Shown here piece by piece: positions 13,830 to 26,822 of a stretch of 64,000 bases of DNA (position 1 is its first letter; every line of letters begins with the position of its first letter). The DNA is taken from positions 9,238,001-9,302,000 of the forward strand of contig CM068750.1 in NCBI GenBank assembly GCA_035084275.1, in the 5' to 3' direction. The translations under genes and the position numbers were made by a program. The DNA comes from Hydrolagus colliei. Its lineage: Eukaryota. Under the pieces are notes generated by a model that worked only from the letters and a program-made list of their open reading frames with translations, made no database searches and was not told the origin of the DNA.

Positions 13830-14220
13830 AGTGTCTCAAAGACATTTTCACATGTCTCAAAGTCTTTCACAAACCATTACTGTGAAGCTTAGTAACTGTT
13901 TATGCAGATAAATATTTGCAATGGCAAAGTCCCACAAACTGCCATTAGATGAATAACCCATTCATCTGGAATATTGTTTGCCAGGACACTGGGAGAAACT
14001 CTCTTATCCTTTCTAATAGTGGCATGGAATCTTAAATATACACCTAAAAACATGTGCATGGGACTTCAATTTAATATCTCATCCAATAATCGACATCTCT
14101 GACAATATAGAACTACTCCAACACTGCACTGGAGTGCCAGCCTCAACTATTGAGGGCCTATATAAGGCTTGAAACCACAACTTTCTGATACAGGGGGATG
14201 AATGATAACGTGGCTGGGCG
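13830..14220 (-). mobile_element. Old, diverged full-length Deu-type SINE (SacSINE/AmnSINE-like)
   Basis: gtcccacaaac...ccaggacactgggagaa...aatagtggcatggaatctt...ctcatcc...ctgcactggagtgccagcct...cttgaaaccacaactttctga resembles the recalled DeuSINE consensus in antisense. Confidence 0.7.
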
Positions 14221-14978
14221 GCATTTGACGTAAACGATTTAGCATTTTGTTGCCAAATATATAAATGAAAAAATTTGATAAAGAATAACTGAATGAATTA
14301 AGATGAATACAGAATTAGCTACAAATTTAACCATTTACAATAGTATATATTTATTGAGGTTTGACATTCTTCCAATGGAAGATAATGTTTGGGCCATTTT
14401 GACAGGTCACTAGCACGAGTCATGAATGTATTACCTCCCTAACTATTCATGCTCAATTCATAAGCATGTAGGATTATGATTGTCTGAGTGATGAGAGGGA
14501 TGACCAGAGGCTTTTGAAGATGTGCCTGTTGTCGCTGCTCAGATTTTGTATTTTCCCAGGCTGAATTCCTGTAACTTTCCCATAAAAGAAAAGAGCTTGC
14601 ACAAAGCTGGCCATGAGAAATTAATCAGAGAATTGTGTAACCTATAGTTCTTGCAACATTGATATTTCAACTGATTTGTGCCATTGCTCAAGTCTGTTCA
14701 AGAGATGGAATATAGATTCAGCAAAGAACAAGTTCAATGAGTAGAATTTGTTAGTTAACAGCAAAATAGTAGCTGAAACACATAAAGTACTCATTTAATA
14801 TCTCCCTAATGGCGATCAGTACAGATAACCTCTAGACAAAAGACTACCAAATTAAACAGTTCCGCTCCATCCGATAGTGTCTTCACTGAATCAAGACTGG
14901 CTTCATACTGGCACATCAGTATTTTTGGGGAATGGAACATAGAATCATAGAAATTTTACAATGCAGAAGGAGGCCACT

Positions 14979-15252
14979 GAGTCCTGTAGAGCACTTGCCT
15001 TCCAAGTGAGAGACCTGAGTTTGATTCCAAGCAGGGTGAAACCTTGGGCAAGTTTCCTCATTCTACATGCCTGCTAATAATTCCAAAAAAAAATAAAAAA
15101 AATTGGTCATATCAATCCACAAATGTTTGTGGGACACTGCTGTACACAATTGGCTGCCGCATTCCACCCACAAATATACAGTAAATTCACTTTACAGTAT
15201 ATTCTGTGAAGTGCTTTGAGACATCTAGAAGATGTGAAAAGGTTATTATTAT
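14979..15252 (+). mobile_element. Same SINE family, short variant
   Basis: Homology to the copy at 2116 across head, core (tgtttgtgggacactgctgtacacaattggctgccgc) and tail. Confidence 0.88.
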
Positions 15253-15779
15253 CATTCAATCCATCAACTCAATACTGACTCGCAGAGTGTAGATTGGGTC
15301 TGCATTGGCTCTGAATCCAGCATTGTCATCTTATGAGTTAAAAATAGCTTTGATGGTTCTATGTGAAAGATTTTGGGGAGATGAGGATTGTAAAATGTCT
15401 GTGATCGCTTTATATTCAGCATACTCACAGAACCTGCAAATAAAATTTTAATGACAAAAATGGCAAACATGTTGCATCGATAAGGGTAGATTGTTCCGAG
15501 ATTGTAGTTTTACCAGAATCAGAACAGGAAAATCTTGGAGGCCGAGCTAATGGGCTGAGCTGGGAGTGGAGCCAATTTGGAGCGTAGCTGGTGGAAACGT
15601 ACAGTTCAGTTTTGTGCAATTTAATTAGCAGTCCCACGCAGTACAAACTGTTCAATACGCAACATTCAGTAGTTTCACAATATGATAATTTTTCACAATA
15701 TTAAAAGTCATCTTTTTGCAATAATACAGAAGAGAGGCCCCATGTGTAAAAATAATTATTTCCTTTGACTTCCTGTATC

Positions 15780-16390
15780 ACGTCAATGGCTTTTCGTCTG
15801 CTGTTAGAAATCCGTTTTAGGCTGGGAGGGAGAAGATTTATTGAGCTTAAGACAGAGAGAGTTAAAAGTTGGGAGAAATCACAAAATCAAGGGAGAGGGC
15901 CAGGAGAGGAATGCAGACTTAGGAAAAAAAAAAGGTGGGACAGAGCCAGAATAGTAATCATAAAGACAGGATGAAATTGGGAAAGGAATGATGGAGCTTG
16001 GATTAGAGTGAGACACAGCTGGGAGAAGAATTACAGAACCAGGGAAGAGGCAGATACAGCCAGAAAATAACTAACACAGCTTTGAAGAAAATGAATCAGA
16101 GCTGGAATAATAATCACAGCACTCAGGGAAGAGTTCAACAAAACCCGTGTCGTAATCACAGAGCTTAGGACACACTGTCGTGGGATATAACCACGAACAG
16201 ATAGACGGAGTGGAGTAGGGCTGAGAGAGGAATCATGAAACCCCAGAGCTTTGGGCAGATGCAGGAAAGGAAAATCTGTATGAAAAGAGGGCTCAGGAGA
16301 CATGCATGTTGCAACGGGGATAGTAAATGATAGACAGAAAATGCATTCTTGAATGAGAAACAGCCAGTGGAGATCATTTGCCATTTCGCC
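15780..16390 (-). mobile_element. Degenerate L2-like LINE fragment
   Basis: Purine-rich + strand (pyrimidine-rich sense) with decayed ORF2-like character. No intact frame. Confidence 0.45.
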
Positions 16391-16619
16391 AGTTTAGTTT
16401 CATTTTTATGTGACAATTGAGCAAAGACATACTTCAGACTGAGTTTATAGTTCTGGCTCCACATCCCTTTTTCTTTTTTTGTGGGTTCAATGCAGGTGAA
16501 ACAGAACTCTGCTCACAGACACCTTAGCGAATGTGTGTGGTAACCCATGCCGCATGTTGGTCAAGTTTGAATGCTTACTCACCTCCCCAGCATGACCTTT
16601 CTTCCGAGCAAGGTTTATT

Positions 16620-17060
16620 TTCCTCCACTCAGATAGCTAGAGCTTGTTGTGTGTTTCCAACACCTTCAGTGACCGAGGCTTTAGATACTAGTTCCTAAAC
16701 TCTTGAACTGCCTCATTCTAATCCTCCATCTCACCCTCAGACTATCCATATTTAAATCCTAGCTAAAAGCTTGTATCTTTGTCCATGCTTATGGGAGCCT
16801 GCCTCCCTCTCCCCCACCCATCTTTCTCCCTTGCTTGGCATCCAACCCTGTCTTTATGATGCACTGTGAGACTTTTAATGCAGGTCTTAAGACCCTCCTC
16901 TTCAGCCATGCGTCAGTCGCCCTCCTACCTCTCTGCCCTCCGTCATCCCAACCCTGCTCACCTACCCCTGCTCGGGTCCTGACCCCTGACTGTTCAGTGT
17001 GTTGAGACGTCCTCCTGAAGTGAAAGGTGCAATACAAATGTAATTTTGTTGTTGTTGTTA
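16620..17060 (+). mobile_element. L2 LINE 3' end(s)
   Basis: ggtcttaagaccctcctcttc...C-rich tract...gagacgtcctcctgaagtgaaaggtgcaatacaaatgtaattt(tgt)n. The same tail is shared with the SINEs. Confidence 0.75.
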
Positions 17061-19131
17061 ACCTGTGGTATATTGAAGCAATTTATTGTTGAACTGTCTG
17101 TTATATAATAGTACTTCATTCAGTTCATTGAATTGGTAAAATGGACCCATTAATAGAAGAAAAGTATTCTAGGGGAAATAACTTCAACCTAAAGAATTCT
17201 GCACAGAAGCACTGTTCCAAACATGTCTACAAAGTAATAAGAGAATACGCAATGTTTCTCTTTTACTGATTAGAGAAACAGTCTGTTGAGACTATCCAAC
17301 ATCAGTTCTCCCAGCCAGAAAGGCTTTGTGTGAGTTGGTATACAATTGATCAGTCCTTCTGCCAGTGTGCTTAGCAGATGTTAGTCGTGGCACAGTAGAG
17401 CAATAAAAAATATTTTGTATTCTGGCTTGACATGCAAAGGGTAATTACCATGCCATTTTAATACTTCATTGTAGTGTGATCGCAGAACTGTCATCAATGT
17501 CTATAATACAAAGATGGATAGGTTTCTGGAAGCTGAATCTTAATGAAAAAGCCCAATGTTTAAAAGCACACCTGTTTTTTTAACTCGGAGAGAGGACATG
17601 CTGCTTTCAAACTCTAGAACGAGCAATGCCAACAGAAAACACTTTGTGAGCAAATATCCCAAGTCATTTCATAAACATGGCAGAAAGTAGAGCATTTCAA
17701 AACACAAACCGCAGAGAGGCTAGTGTCACAGTGGATGAAGTCCAATGTGACCGTAAGTGAACACTGTGTTTTGCATCATATCTTCTAACTTGTTTTAATT
17801 GTTTTCCCCACTTTGTTTGGGGTATAGATCCATTGGCACTAGCTATTCTTTAGTATCTTTCCCCGAGCACTTTTATTCATTAGCAATCTATAGCAGGAAC
17901 ACTGCATGGTTTCCCATTCTCTAACCTGGATTGTTAAGACTAAACACAGCTCCACTGAGTTGATCTAATCCAGCGCCCAAAAGTTCTTCAATGTCCAGCT
18001 GAACAGGCAGACAAAAGCACAGTTGAATGTCTCATCCATAGGCCAGCACGTCTGACAATGTAGCTCTCTGCCAATACGGATTGGAGTGAACAACCTATGG
18101 AGTGAGGGCTTTGGAGCTCAAAGGCCCCAACATGGGGCTCCAGCCCACAACCCCAGTATTTTCATCCTAAGTGCATCTTATTTTTATATTCCTACCTCTT
18201 GATTTTGTCTTAGCTTAAAACAATGATGTTAATTTCTGTTTAGAGCCATGGTGTGAGCAGAAAACCCTATCAGGTGCTCAGTTTGTACAATCTTTAGCCA
18301 AAGTGCAGAAACATTATAACGCTCATGTAACAAAGTGGTAAGCACGGACGGGAGAGAAATCTAGTTACCATCGGCAAGATGTATGTGATGTATCGCAAAG
18401 TAGTTTCAGCAGTGGCACTCGCCACCTTTAAACCAACACCAGTCAAACATGTAAACCACTTCAGCAGGTAAACTCGTACATGTACCATAAAATTAAACTG
18501 AATACTTTACCTTAGAATCTGTATGAGCAATCCGTTAACAAATGTATTTTGTAATAATATTCAACACAAATAGGTGAAAAAGATGGATTGCCATGTACAA
18601 ATAAGGCAATAATGGTGTTTCTCTCCTCTTCTTTCTGAAATGTGTTCACAAGTTATGCTTGTAAACGTAAGGCACATATGGTATCTATCTATAAATCACT
18701 TCCTGTTTTTAAGTGCCTGGGTGCATAAAATCTACACAAAAGTCACTCTGAAGTATAAGACATACTTTATACTCCATATCAGTGGGGGACTTCACATGGA
18801 ACTGAAATGCAGTAAATACTTAAGATTTGCATCCAAGTCTATCTACAATTATAATAAATCTTAAACCAGTACTTGTTTACACACATGAAAGTATAGCGGG
18901 GACTAGTTGTACTTTAAATCACAGGGTTTGATCAGGGACATGTTGGTCAAGCTGTGAATCAACACTTTCCCCAGCACCTTGTGAGAGGAAAAAAATTTGG
19001 AAAAATTATGCATCTAATCACTTATCATATGTTAAAAGTGATGTTAATTCAGCATGATTGCATGCAATTAATCCAAGTTTATATTATAAAATTCTACTTT
19101 CAAATAATAATACTGCCAATAGTAATTTAGC

Positions 19132-19473
19132 GGAGTCCTGTAGCTTAGTGGTTAGGGCACAATCCTGAGGCAGGGCGTAATGTTGGGCAAGTTTCCTTTA
19201 CTCAAGATACTTCAGTAGGAGTAGGAAGTAGGAACCTAATTGTTAGTTGATTCGTTGATCACTTTTCTAGGGGTAATAATCCCTTAAAAAATAATTATAT
19301 TAATTTGGTCAATCAATCCATGACTGTTTGTGATACACTGCTACGTGGTATAGGTTGGTGCGTTTCTCCCACAATTATACACTCGATTTACTTTACAGTA
19401 TATTCTGTGAAGTGCTTTGAGACTTCTCGAAGATATAATAAAGTACTATATCAAATGCAAGGATTATTATTAT
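19132..19473 (+). mobile_element. Same SINE family, long variant
   Basis: ggagtcctgtagcttagtggttag head; extra segment aagtaggaacc...ttgttagttgatt...gatcacttttctagggg; (att)n tail. Confidence 0.88.
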
Positions 19474-22400
19474 ATTTTCTTCATTGCCTACTTTCTAACC
19501 TACAAACTGTATTTTTAGCAATAATGTGGTTGCCATTAAAAAATAATTTACCCGGTGTTCTGGCCATGTATCCCCCAGATAAAACTGGTCACTGACTTCA
19601 TGGCTGTTTGGGGGATGTTGCTCTATGCAAATTGGCAACCATGTATGCCTACAAAATACACAGTCACTACACTTCACAATAAATCCTTTGAAGCTCTTTG
19701 AGACATTTCAACAAAATGATAAGGTGCAATATCAAATGCAAGATTATTATTATCAGTGTTAACGTGCTACAAAATATTTGATGTTGAATTAGTCTCCTGG
19801 GTATATGGCATGTGCGGTATATCCTATTATAATGACAAGTCGGTGAGATTTTTTTGGCATCTCACTTAGAATGTGGCTTCTGAGCAATTAAAATGCATAG
19901 TCTTCCATAAAGTTTATCAAAATCTTAATTAAACAGGAATGATTCATGCCTGTTTATCTATTCCCCCAGTGATCCCCACATGGTAAAAGAACATTCAGAG
20001 TGTCTCTACTTCTGTTGCAATGTTTCACACTGAAATGTGCATGGTACAGATTTATATTTCAATTCACTTTTACCATGTGGTTATGCGTGAGACTACCTGT
20101 TTAATGGAGTTTCTGCAATGGCAAATGATATTCAACTGGGCTTCTTAAAATTTAATATTCAGTTGCCCAGCTAATATATTCATAGCCTTAGGCAATAACC
20201 TTACTGTGTATATTTTAGTCTTGTATGTTTGGAGGACAAAAATGGTCACAGCTGGTAAGAAATTACTGTATGCATCAGTTTCTTTGAAGCATGGAACATA
20301 AACTTTAGGTGTATTTAACAAAGTGTTTCTAATACCTTTCATATACAACTTCTAAAATTCCTTTTGGTATGCTTATTTTTTAACCATGGTTACATACATA
20401 AATTGTGTGTTAAATGCTGTAAACAGACAACCAATAAGCTATACATTTTACACAGATCTTGTGTGACTGAGGTGATTATTGGTTAGTAATATAACAATCT
20501 TGTGGGAGAGCAGTTTAAATGTGCTGATCCATGCAAATTTTGTTTTTAGAAGCCAAATTTATATAGTTATTCAGCTCCTCTGTGATTCTGTTGAAAATTT
20601 GTGACTTCCTTCTAATTTGGAATCTTAGCTCCAAGTGAAATAATATCTACACTAGAATTTTCAGGTGATTGCAGTCAATATATTTTCCAAGTACAGTTGC
20701 CAAAAGTTAAAACATTTCCTTGTAGGGAATAGAGGGCTCTTTTTACCATATCACAGGGATAGGTTAAGTACAACTCTGCCATCAAACCCAAGCATTTCCG
20801 GAAAATGATTTTTGGAAAATTGTATTATTTTTGGTTGAAAATAATACATTGAATGACCTTTTTGTAGAATGACCAGGAATGGATAGGCCTTTTTAATTTT
20901 TTTAAAAAAGACAACATGCCAAGCTTAGTAAATCCATCCTTTTGCGTCAAATATTGCTGTCAAAATTAACTGTCGTTAACTTTGGAATCTGGCTGTAATA
21001 ATCAAGAAACAAACCTATTAAAGCAGTACATTTCTGTTCCAACCAACATTCTTGAAAGGTATTACAAATAGCTGAACTGATTACATTCCTGTTAACATCG
21101 TGTTCAGCAACTACTTTCCTCTGATATAACACTGTTTACTCTATTGGTTGATTTTCAACTAAAAGCTAAATACTGTGACGCACAAAATCGTTGTCGTCAG
21201 TTCTGGTCAATTGCATTTTACTATCTCTGCATGTGTATGCATTTACTGCAAATGTTTCCCAATTTACAGAAACTGCAGCCATGTAATTGTGCAAAGATTG
21301 TTCTCGAGACAATTCCACGTTTACTCCTACTTATCCTTCAGCTGCCAACTCAGACCAGACGCTTGATAAATCACCCTCTTTCCTTTCACAACAGTTGCAG
21401 AAACAAACGGATGCTGTTGTGAGTGTGTTTGTGCAGAAATACTGAAACACAGCAAATGTGTGTTCACCATGCTGTGTTCACATTGGTAAACTCATCCTCG
21501 GCACTGAGGGGTGTTAATTATATTAAGGACCACTGAGTGAATTATAGTATACATCAATATGCAATCCTGTAACAAGAAAGCACCACATTTCAGCTACAAT
21601 TTCAAGGAGAATGAGGGCCCAAGCTTATTCAAAGTTGCAGTATGATTTCAGTAAATTGTATTTCACATTTGCAACATCGCTTGTAATATGTGGAGTGCTT
21701 TAAAGTTCAGCCTACTGTAATGTGGTACTTCTTAACTTATTTGATATACAGACTAGGAACAAAACAAATTAAATGATTTTTGGTTGATAAAACCATGACA
21801 AAATTGCTGATTTATCCCCTTACTTTAATTGCTTAGGTTCACAAGAAAACATTGACCCGTGTTTCTCCGTTAGCATAGAATTTGCTCAAATCATATGACA
21901 AAACATCAACTTGTTATTAACTATAATTAGGATTAAATTACCTCTGATAAAGGAGAGTGTAACAAGTTACTACCCTCTGCCTCCGTTGTAATAGAAGGGC
22001 AAATCAAATATCAAATAATATTTGCCCCCTGTTATTACCGTCATAAACAATGGGAAAAGGAAACGTATGTATAATTTCCTAAATTATTACCATGTGTATG
22101 AAAACAAGCAGGAACACATCCCTGTTACTATGAATCAGCATCCAAGCTCACAAATCTGAAATAACAGATGAGGTATTATATATAACACAAACACAACAGT
22201 GCTAAACCTATGACTAGTCTATAATGCTGGGGATTAGCAATACCGCTTCCAACAGTAAAGCGCTTAAAAGTCTGATTTATATTCCCAGATACTAAATCAC
22301 ATGATCGGGATTGATGAGAGTCAAGAGTACGCACAACTATGCCGACCCCAACAGTAGATTTTAAGCTTTTAATGTTTTTAAAGACTGTGTCTAATGTTAC

Positions 22401-22521
22401 TAAAGTGTTCTGTCTCTTTTGCTTCCTTTAATGCTTGTTTCCATGTTCCATGTCCATTGCTTTCATCCCTTTGAATAGCGGAAGTATTTTGCACCTTTTG
22501 TTTAACCGTCATCTGCAAAGT

Positions 22522-22950
22522 GAAGTCTGATATTTTAGTGGTTGGAGCACTTGCCTCACAAGCAAGCGGACCTGGATTTGATTCCTGGTTAGGACAAAAT
22601 GTTGGGCAAGTTTCTTTACTCCACATACCCTTGTTTACCTGGCAGTATGTAGGAACCTGGTTGTTAGTCAATTGGCGGATCGTTTTTCCAGGGGTAATAA
22701 TCCCTTCAAGAAAAGTAATAATTTGGTCACTGAATCCACAATGTTTGTGGGATACTGCTGTGCACAATCAGCTACCACGTTTTACCCACAAAATATACAG
22801 TCAATTAACAACAACAAAATTACGTTTCTAGAGCGCCTTTCACATCGGGAGGATGTCCCAATATACTTTACAGAACTGTATATTCTATGAAGAGCGTGTG
22901 ACATCTTGAAGATGTGCTAAGGCGTGATATAAAATGAAGGGTTAGTAATG
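22522..22950 (+). mobile_element. Same SINE family, long variant, interrupted by an antisense L2 tail
   Basis: Head and core homology. Internal acaacaacaaaattac...cgcctttcacatcgggaggatgtcccaa is a reverse-oriented L2 3' end. Confidence 0.8.
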
Positions 22951-23299
22951 TAATCAAATGGAAATGGTTAGATAACAACAGATAAAGATTTTAAGATTCA
23001 TCCCAGCATTAGTAAATGAAGTGGTGGTAATAGATGTATGAGATGAGATATGGTATGAAACTCACATGGTGTATAAATGTCAGCATTGATTAGTTGGAAC
23101 TGTTCCAATGCTGTAGATGTTATGTAAATCTACATATGGAAGTAAGGTGACTTGGACATATAATAATCCTTGGAATATAGTCTAATATAGTGTTGCAAAT
23201 TGCTCTTTCCCCAAATTTCCTCCATGTGGGGACTCACTGCCAAAGTACAAAAGGAGTGGAGGTTAACTATATTTTTAAAAAAGTATTAGAAACAGAAGA

Positions 23300-23590
23300 A
23301 AGCAATAAACAGAAATAACAGATGAGAACAACATTAAAAGCAAAACTATTTTTATTATGGGATACATATTAAATGTGTTTTTCACAAAAGAAGATGACAG
23401 ACAAATGCCAGATCCAGTAAAGATGCCTAAGGAATATGTGGAATTAATGGAGCATGTTTTTGTTTTTACCAGAATCTTGAAGGATTACATTTCTGGAAAG
23501 CACCTAGGCTTGACTCGGTGTATCCAAAACCTGCGTGAGAATAAAAGACCGTTATAAATGAGTGTCCACAGGGTTCAGGTGTAGGACGCT
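23300..23590 (+). mobile_element. CR1-like LINE ORF2 fragment
   Basis: ORF remnant LNVFFTKEDD..MPD resembles CR1 LN.YF.SVFTKED. gtgtccacagggttcaggtgtagg resembles the GVPQGSVLG RT motif. Confidence 0.55.
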
Positions 23591-23604
23591 GAGGTCAATA
23601 GTTT

Positions 23605-23812
23605 ATAATAATAATAATCAAATAATCCTTGCATTTGATATCGCACTTTTCACATCTTCTAGCCGTCTCAAAGAGCTTCACAGAATATACTGTAAAGTGA
23701 ATTGACAATATATTTTGGGGGCGAAATGCGGCAGCCAATTGTACACAGCAGTGTTCCACAAACAGTCGTGTATTGAAATGACCAATTATTGCTTTGTGTT
23801 GAGGGATTATTA
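23605..23812 (-). mobile_element. Same SINE family, 5'-truncated
   Basis: (aat)n-ccttgcatttgatat...gcggcagccaattgtacacagcagtg, the reverse complement of core and tail. Confidence 0.88.
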
Positions 23813-25029
23813 GTTTCAACTCCTCATACATTCACACATCTCAGGAACACATTTCTCCCTCAAAATATATGGTCAATTTAATTTACAGTGACGTCCTTTG
23901 AGACTTGTTGAAGATGTGATAAGTTGCTATATGAAATGCAGGGATTATTATTATTATTATTTCTGCTGCATCTCAATATACTGTTTCTGAAGGTGCCTCC
24001 CTTCAGCACTTCCCACCCTCTTTGTTCCTCGCCTCTACAATGTGATGTGATCCACCACATCTTTAATTGAAATTATTGTTTGCCAGGCATTCATTTCTCT
24101 CTCCCCACTGTTCCTGGTTAGACATGACCCAGGTACATAGGAATACATTTCACTTCAATCACTTGCTTTAAAGTTGCCTAACCTTAAAGGACCACAGGCC
24201 ATAGCCATGCATATTCATGTAGAAACAAAGCAAACATTTATCAGATGGCTGGCAAAGGCCTCATTGGGGAAATCATAGCCCCAAATAATATATGCTATTG
24301 AAGTAAGACGACACATCAGTTTATTCTCACCTTTTATGATTCAGCTATTAACACATTCTGAGGCTTGTGCTACATGCCTATGAGTCATTTATGTATGATT
24401 AATGGCGGTAACTACAGTACGAAAGGGTAAAAGGTCAACTTAGATCAGTGGAGTGCGCGGCTGAAAAGAAATATCCATAAGCAAATTGGCTTGATCTTAT
24501 CAGAATCCTAGTGCATGAGAAATGAATATGGATCAAACGTACTCCTAAATAGATCTAGCTTATCCCTCACTTGTTTAAAGTGGACTCCTCTGCTGCCTTT
24601 CAAACCTAAACCTATAGTACTACAAAACATATTGCCACATGGAACTCCTTACTCTACCACCCTAATTATTTTTCGACTGCCCAGAGTCTTTTGATCTGCT
24701 ATTTCCACATACAGGGTGCCCAATTTAACACTTGACTAACAAGTAAGATCAAATAACAAGATTAAGTGGATAATTTTGGTAAACCCGCACTTGTATTTAG
24801 TTTCCCATTACTCAGCATTACTAATCACCCTAAACTCCGTTCAGTGCACATATTTGTATAATTTTTTTGAAATACCCCAGTTATAGTGCTAAGATACATA
24901 ATTCTCTAATCACTGTGCTGTCACAGCAGTCACACTCCTCACACCTGCCTTCAATCAAAATAGTTTGATTAAGATGTGTTAATACCCAGATTGGCCTTTA
25001 TATTGAGAAAGCAAACTTCATAAACTAGG

Positions 25030-25480
25030 GTGATATTTGTTGGATTTCAGGAGGTTGTGGGGCAATCTGATTGAGGTATCTCAAATAATACCGCAATCGT
25101 TATTTGATTGATAGACGTTTTGCCCACAAAACACACAGTCCTCCTGGCATGAAATGTGCTATTATATAAAGTAAAATGATATTAAAATTAATTGTTAATG
25201 GAATTTAAGGATTATTATTGTTAATGAAGAATATTAACAAAGTAAACAGTGATGACTTCTCACTTTAGTTGGAGAATTCAGGACAGAGGATGTAACTTTC
25301 AAATTAGAGCTAAACTAGTTAATTTGGAGTCTAGGGAAAAAAAGCTTTTACATAAAGGTCACTGAGATTATGGAACAGAATATCTCAGAAAGTTACATAT
25401 ACCACGTTGATTTGGTTGTTTATTGGAGAGATAGTTAGGTATGTGATGAATGAGAATATTCAACAATATGAAGTAAAGGG
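25030..25480 (+). mobile_element. CR1-like LINE 3' fragment
   Basis: ggggcaatctgattgaggtat (RGDLIEV-like) and later tatggaacag; interrupted by a SINE piece. Confidence 0.45.
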
Positions 25481-26226
25481 ATTGGGGAAACAAACTAGAG
25501 AGTTCCTGTAGATTAATGACAAGCATTCTTGATGCACCAAATATCATACTCTTGCTCTTTTTTTCCTGTAATAAATTCTGTTGAAAACGTAAGGAAAATC
25601 TGGGAAAATTGATGCAGAAGTTCCATTGCTTTTGCCAAAAAAATGAGCAGGAGATTCCTGGCTCCACCAAGAATCGCAAACAGAAATGGAATTGGTTCTG
25701 CCAAACCCCTACTCATCCTGTCTACTTAAAGCACTTGATCGATGCTATGAGTGCCTTTGCCACAAAACGAAGAGTATTCTGCCTTCCTTCAAAAAGTGCA
25801 CAGCAGTTAGGAGCCACATAGTCACTTGTCAAAGTGTTACAGTTTTGGTAGGTGCTACACAATGGCAATCGTTTTGGATCTACCATCTACATGGAGTCAG
25901 CCCTGAAATTAAAACATATTCTACTATCTTTCCCTCCTCTCAGATGGTTCTAAGTAGCCTATGTCATGGTTCATCAGGTACAAGCTGGTATGTGAATGTA
26001 TTGCTCACATATAAATTATGTTTTTGTAGATACCTGTGATTTTGATTCCGACTTTTCTCAAAAAAAAATCAACTCTGTGATTGTTTCAAGACGTTATCTG
26101 AAGTGAAGGGTGTTATATAAATGCAAATTGTTCTTGTTCTTCATATTTAATGGTTTCTGTGTGGGTTTCAAATGTTCTGGGTTTGACTTGATGGATAACT
26201 GATGGGCATTTCTGAAATAATTTCAG

Positions 26227-26308
26227 GTTGAGAGAGGCGCAACTCTCTGTAAAGAAGATAACATCAGAGAAGAAGGTTGAAACCAAGAAAATAAATCCTA
26301 ATAGTCTG
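26227..26308 (+). CDS. FMN1: Formin-1 penultimate exon, 82 nt
   Basis: aatttcag|G TTG AGA...AGT CTG|gtaaga. Translates to (R)LREAQLSVKKITSEKKVETKKINPNSL; phase is compatible with the previous exon. Confidence 0.95.
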
Positions 26309-26777
26309 GTAAGATATTTATATATTCTTGGACAGTATTTGTCTTTGAAGGTCAGCATTTGTCTTTGAAGGTCAGTGAAGAAGCAATATCAAACACGGAA
26401 TTTAACAGCTTGCCATAAACTGGTATTGAAAAACAAAATATTATTGAAATCCCACAGAGGAATTTTTCACATACCAAGAAAATATTAGGAAAATGTTAAT
26501 ATATTAATATTAACAGATGTGCCCATTCACCAAATTTTTATTTGGCCCACTGGCATTACAAATAATGGGATCATCTGAATCTGTTGAAAAATATCAAGAC
26601 AAGTAAGGATAAGAACATATCTATCAAAAAAAAGGAGCAATTTGCAGGGTGAGGAGTGAAGACACGTAAATTAATAGATAGTGCGTTTAAGGAGCCATAA
26701 TGGGCCAAATAGCCTTCTTCTGTGATGTAAATTTCTATCGTTCTATTGTCAATGACACTGAGCTTCTTTTCTAACAG

Positions 26778-26822
26778 AAAGAAAGAATGCGCCAGAGGGT
26801 GGCCAACACGACCACCAGCTGA
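26778..26822 (+). CDS. FMN1: Formin-1 last coding exon with stop
   Basis: cttcttttctaacag|AAA GAA AGA ATG CGC CAG AGG GTG GCC AAC ACG ACC ACC AGC TGA = KERMRQRVANTTTS*. Compare recalled human KERLRQKEASVTTN*. Confidence 0.93.
   Translation, partial: KERMRQRVANTTTS

Noticed and set aside
22378-22890. ORFs of 129, 103 and 72 aa (and similar ORFs at 19305, 46938, 47225, 55984)
   Set aside because: They lie within SINE copies.
26333-26376. 20-bp tandem duplication (cag[t/c]atttgtctttgaaggt x2) after the FMN1 exon
   Set aside because: Simple local slippage duplication with no evidence of function.
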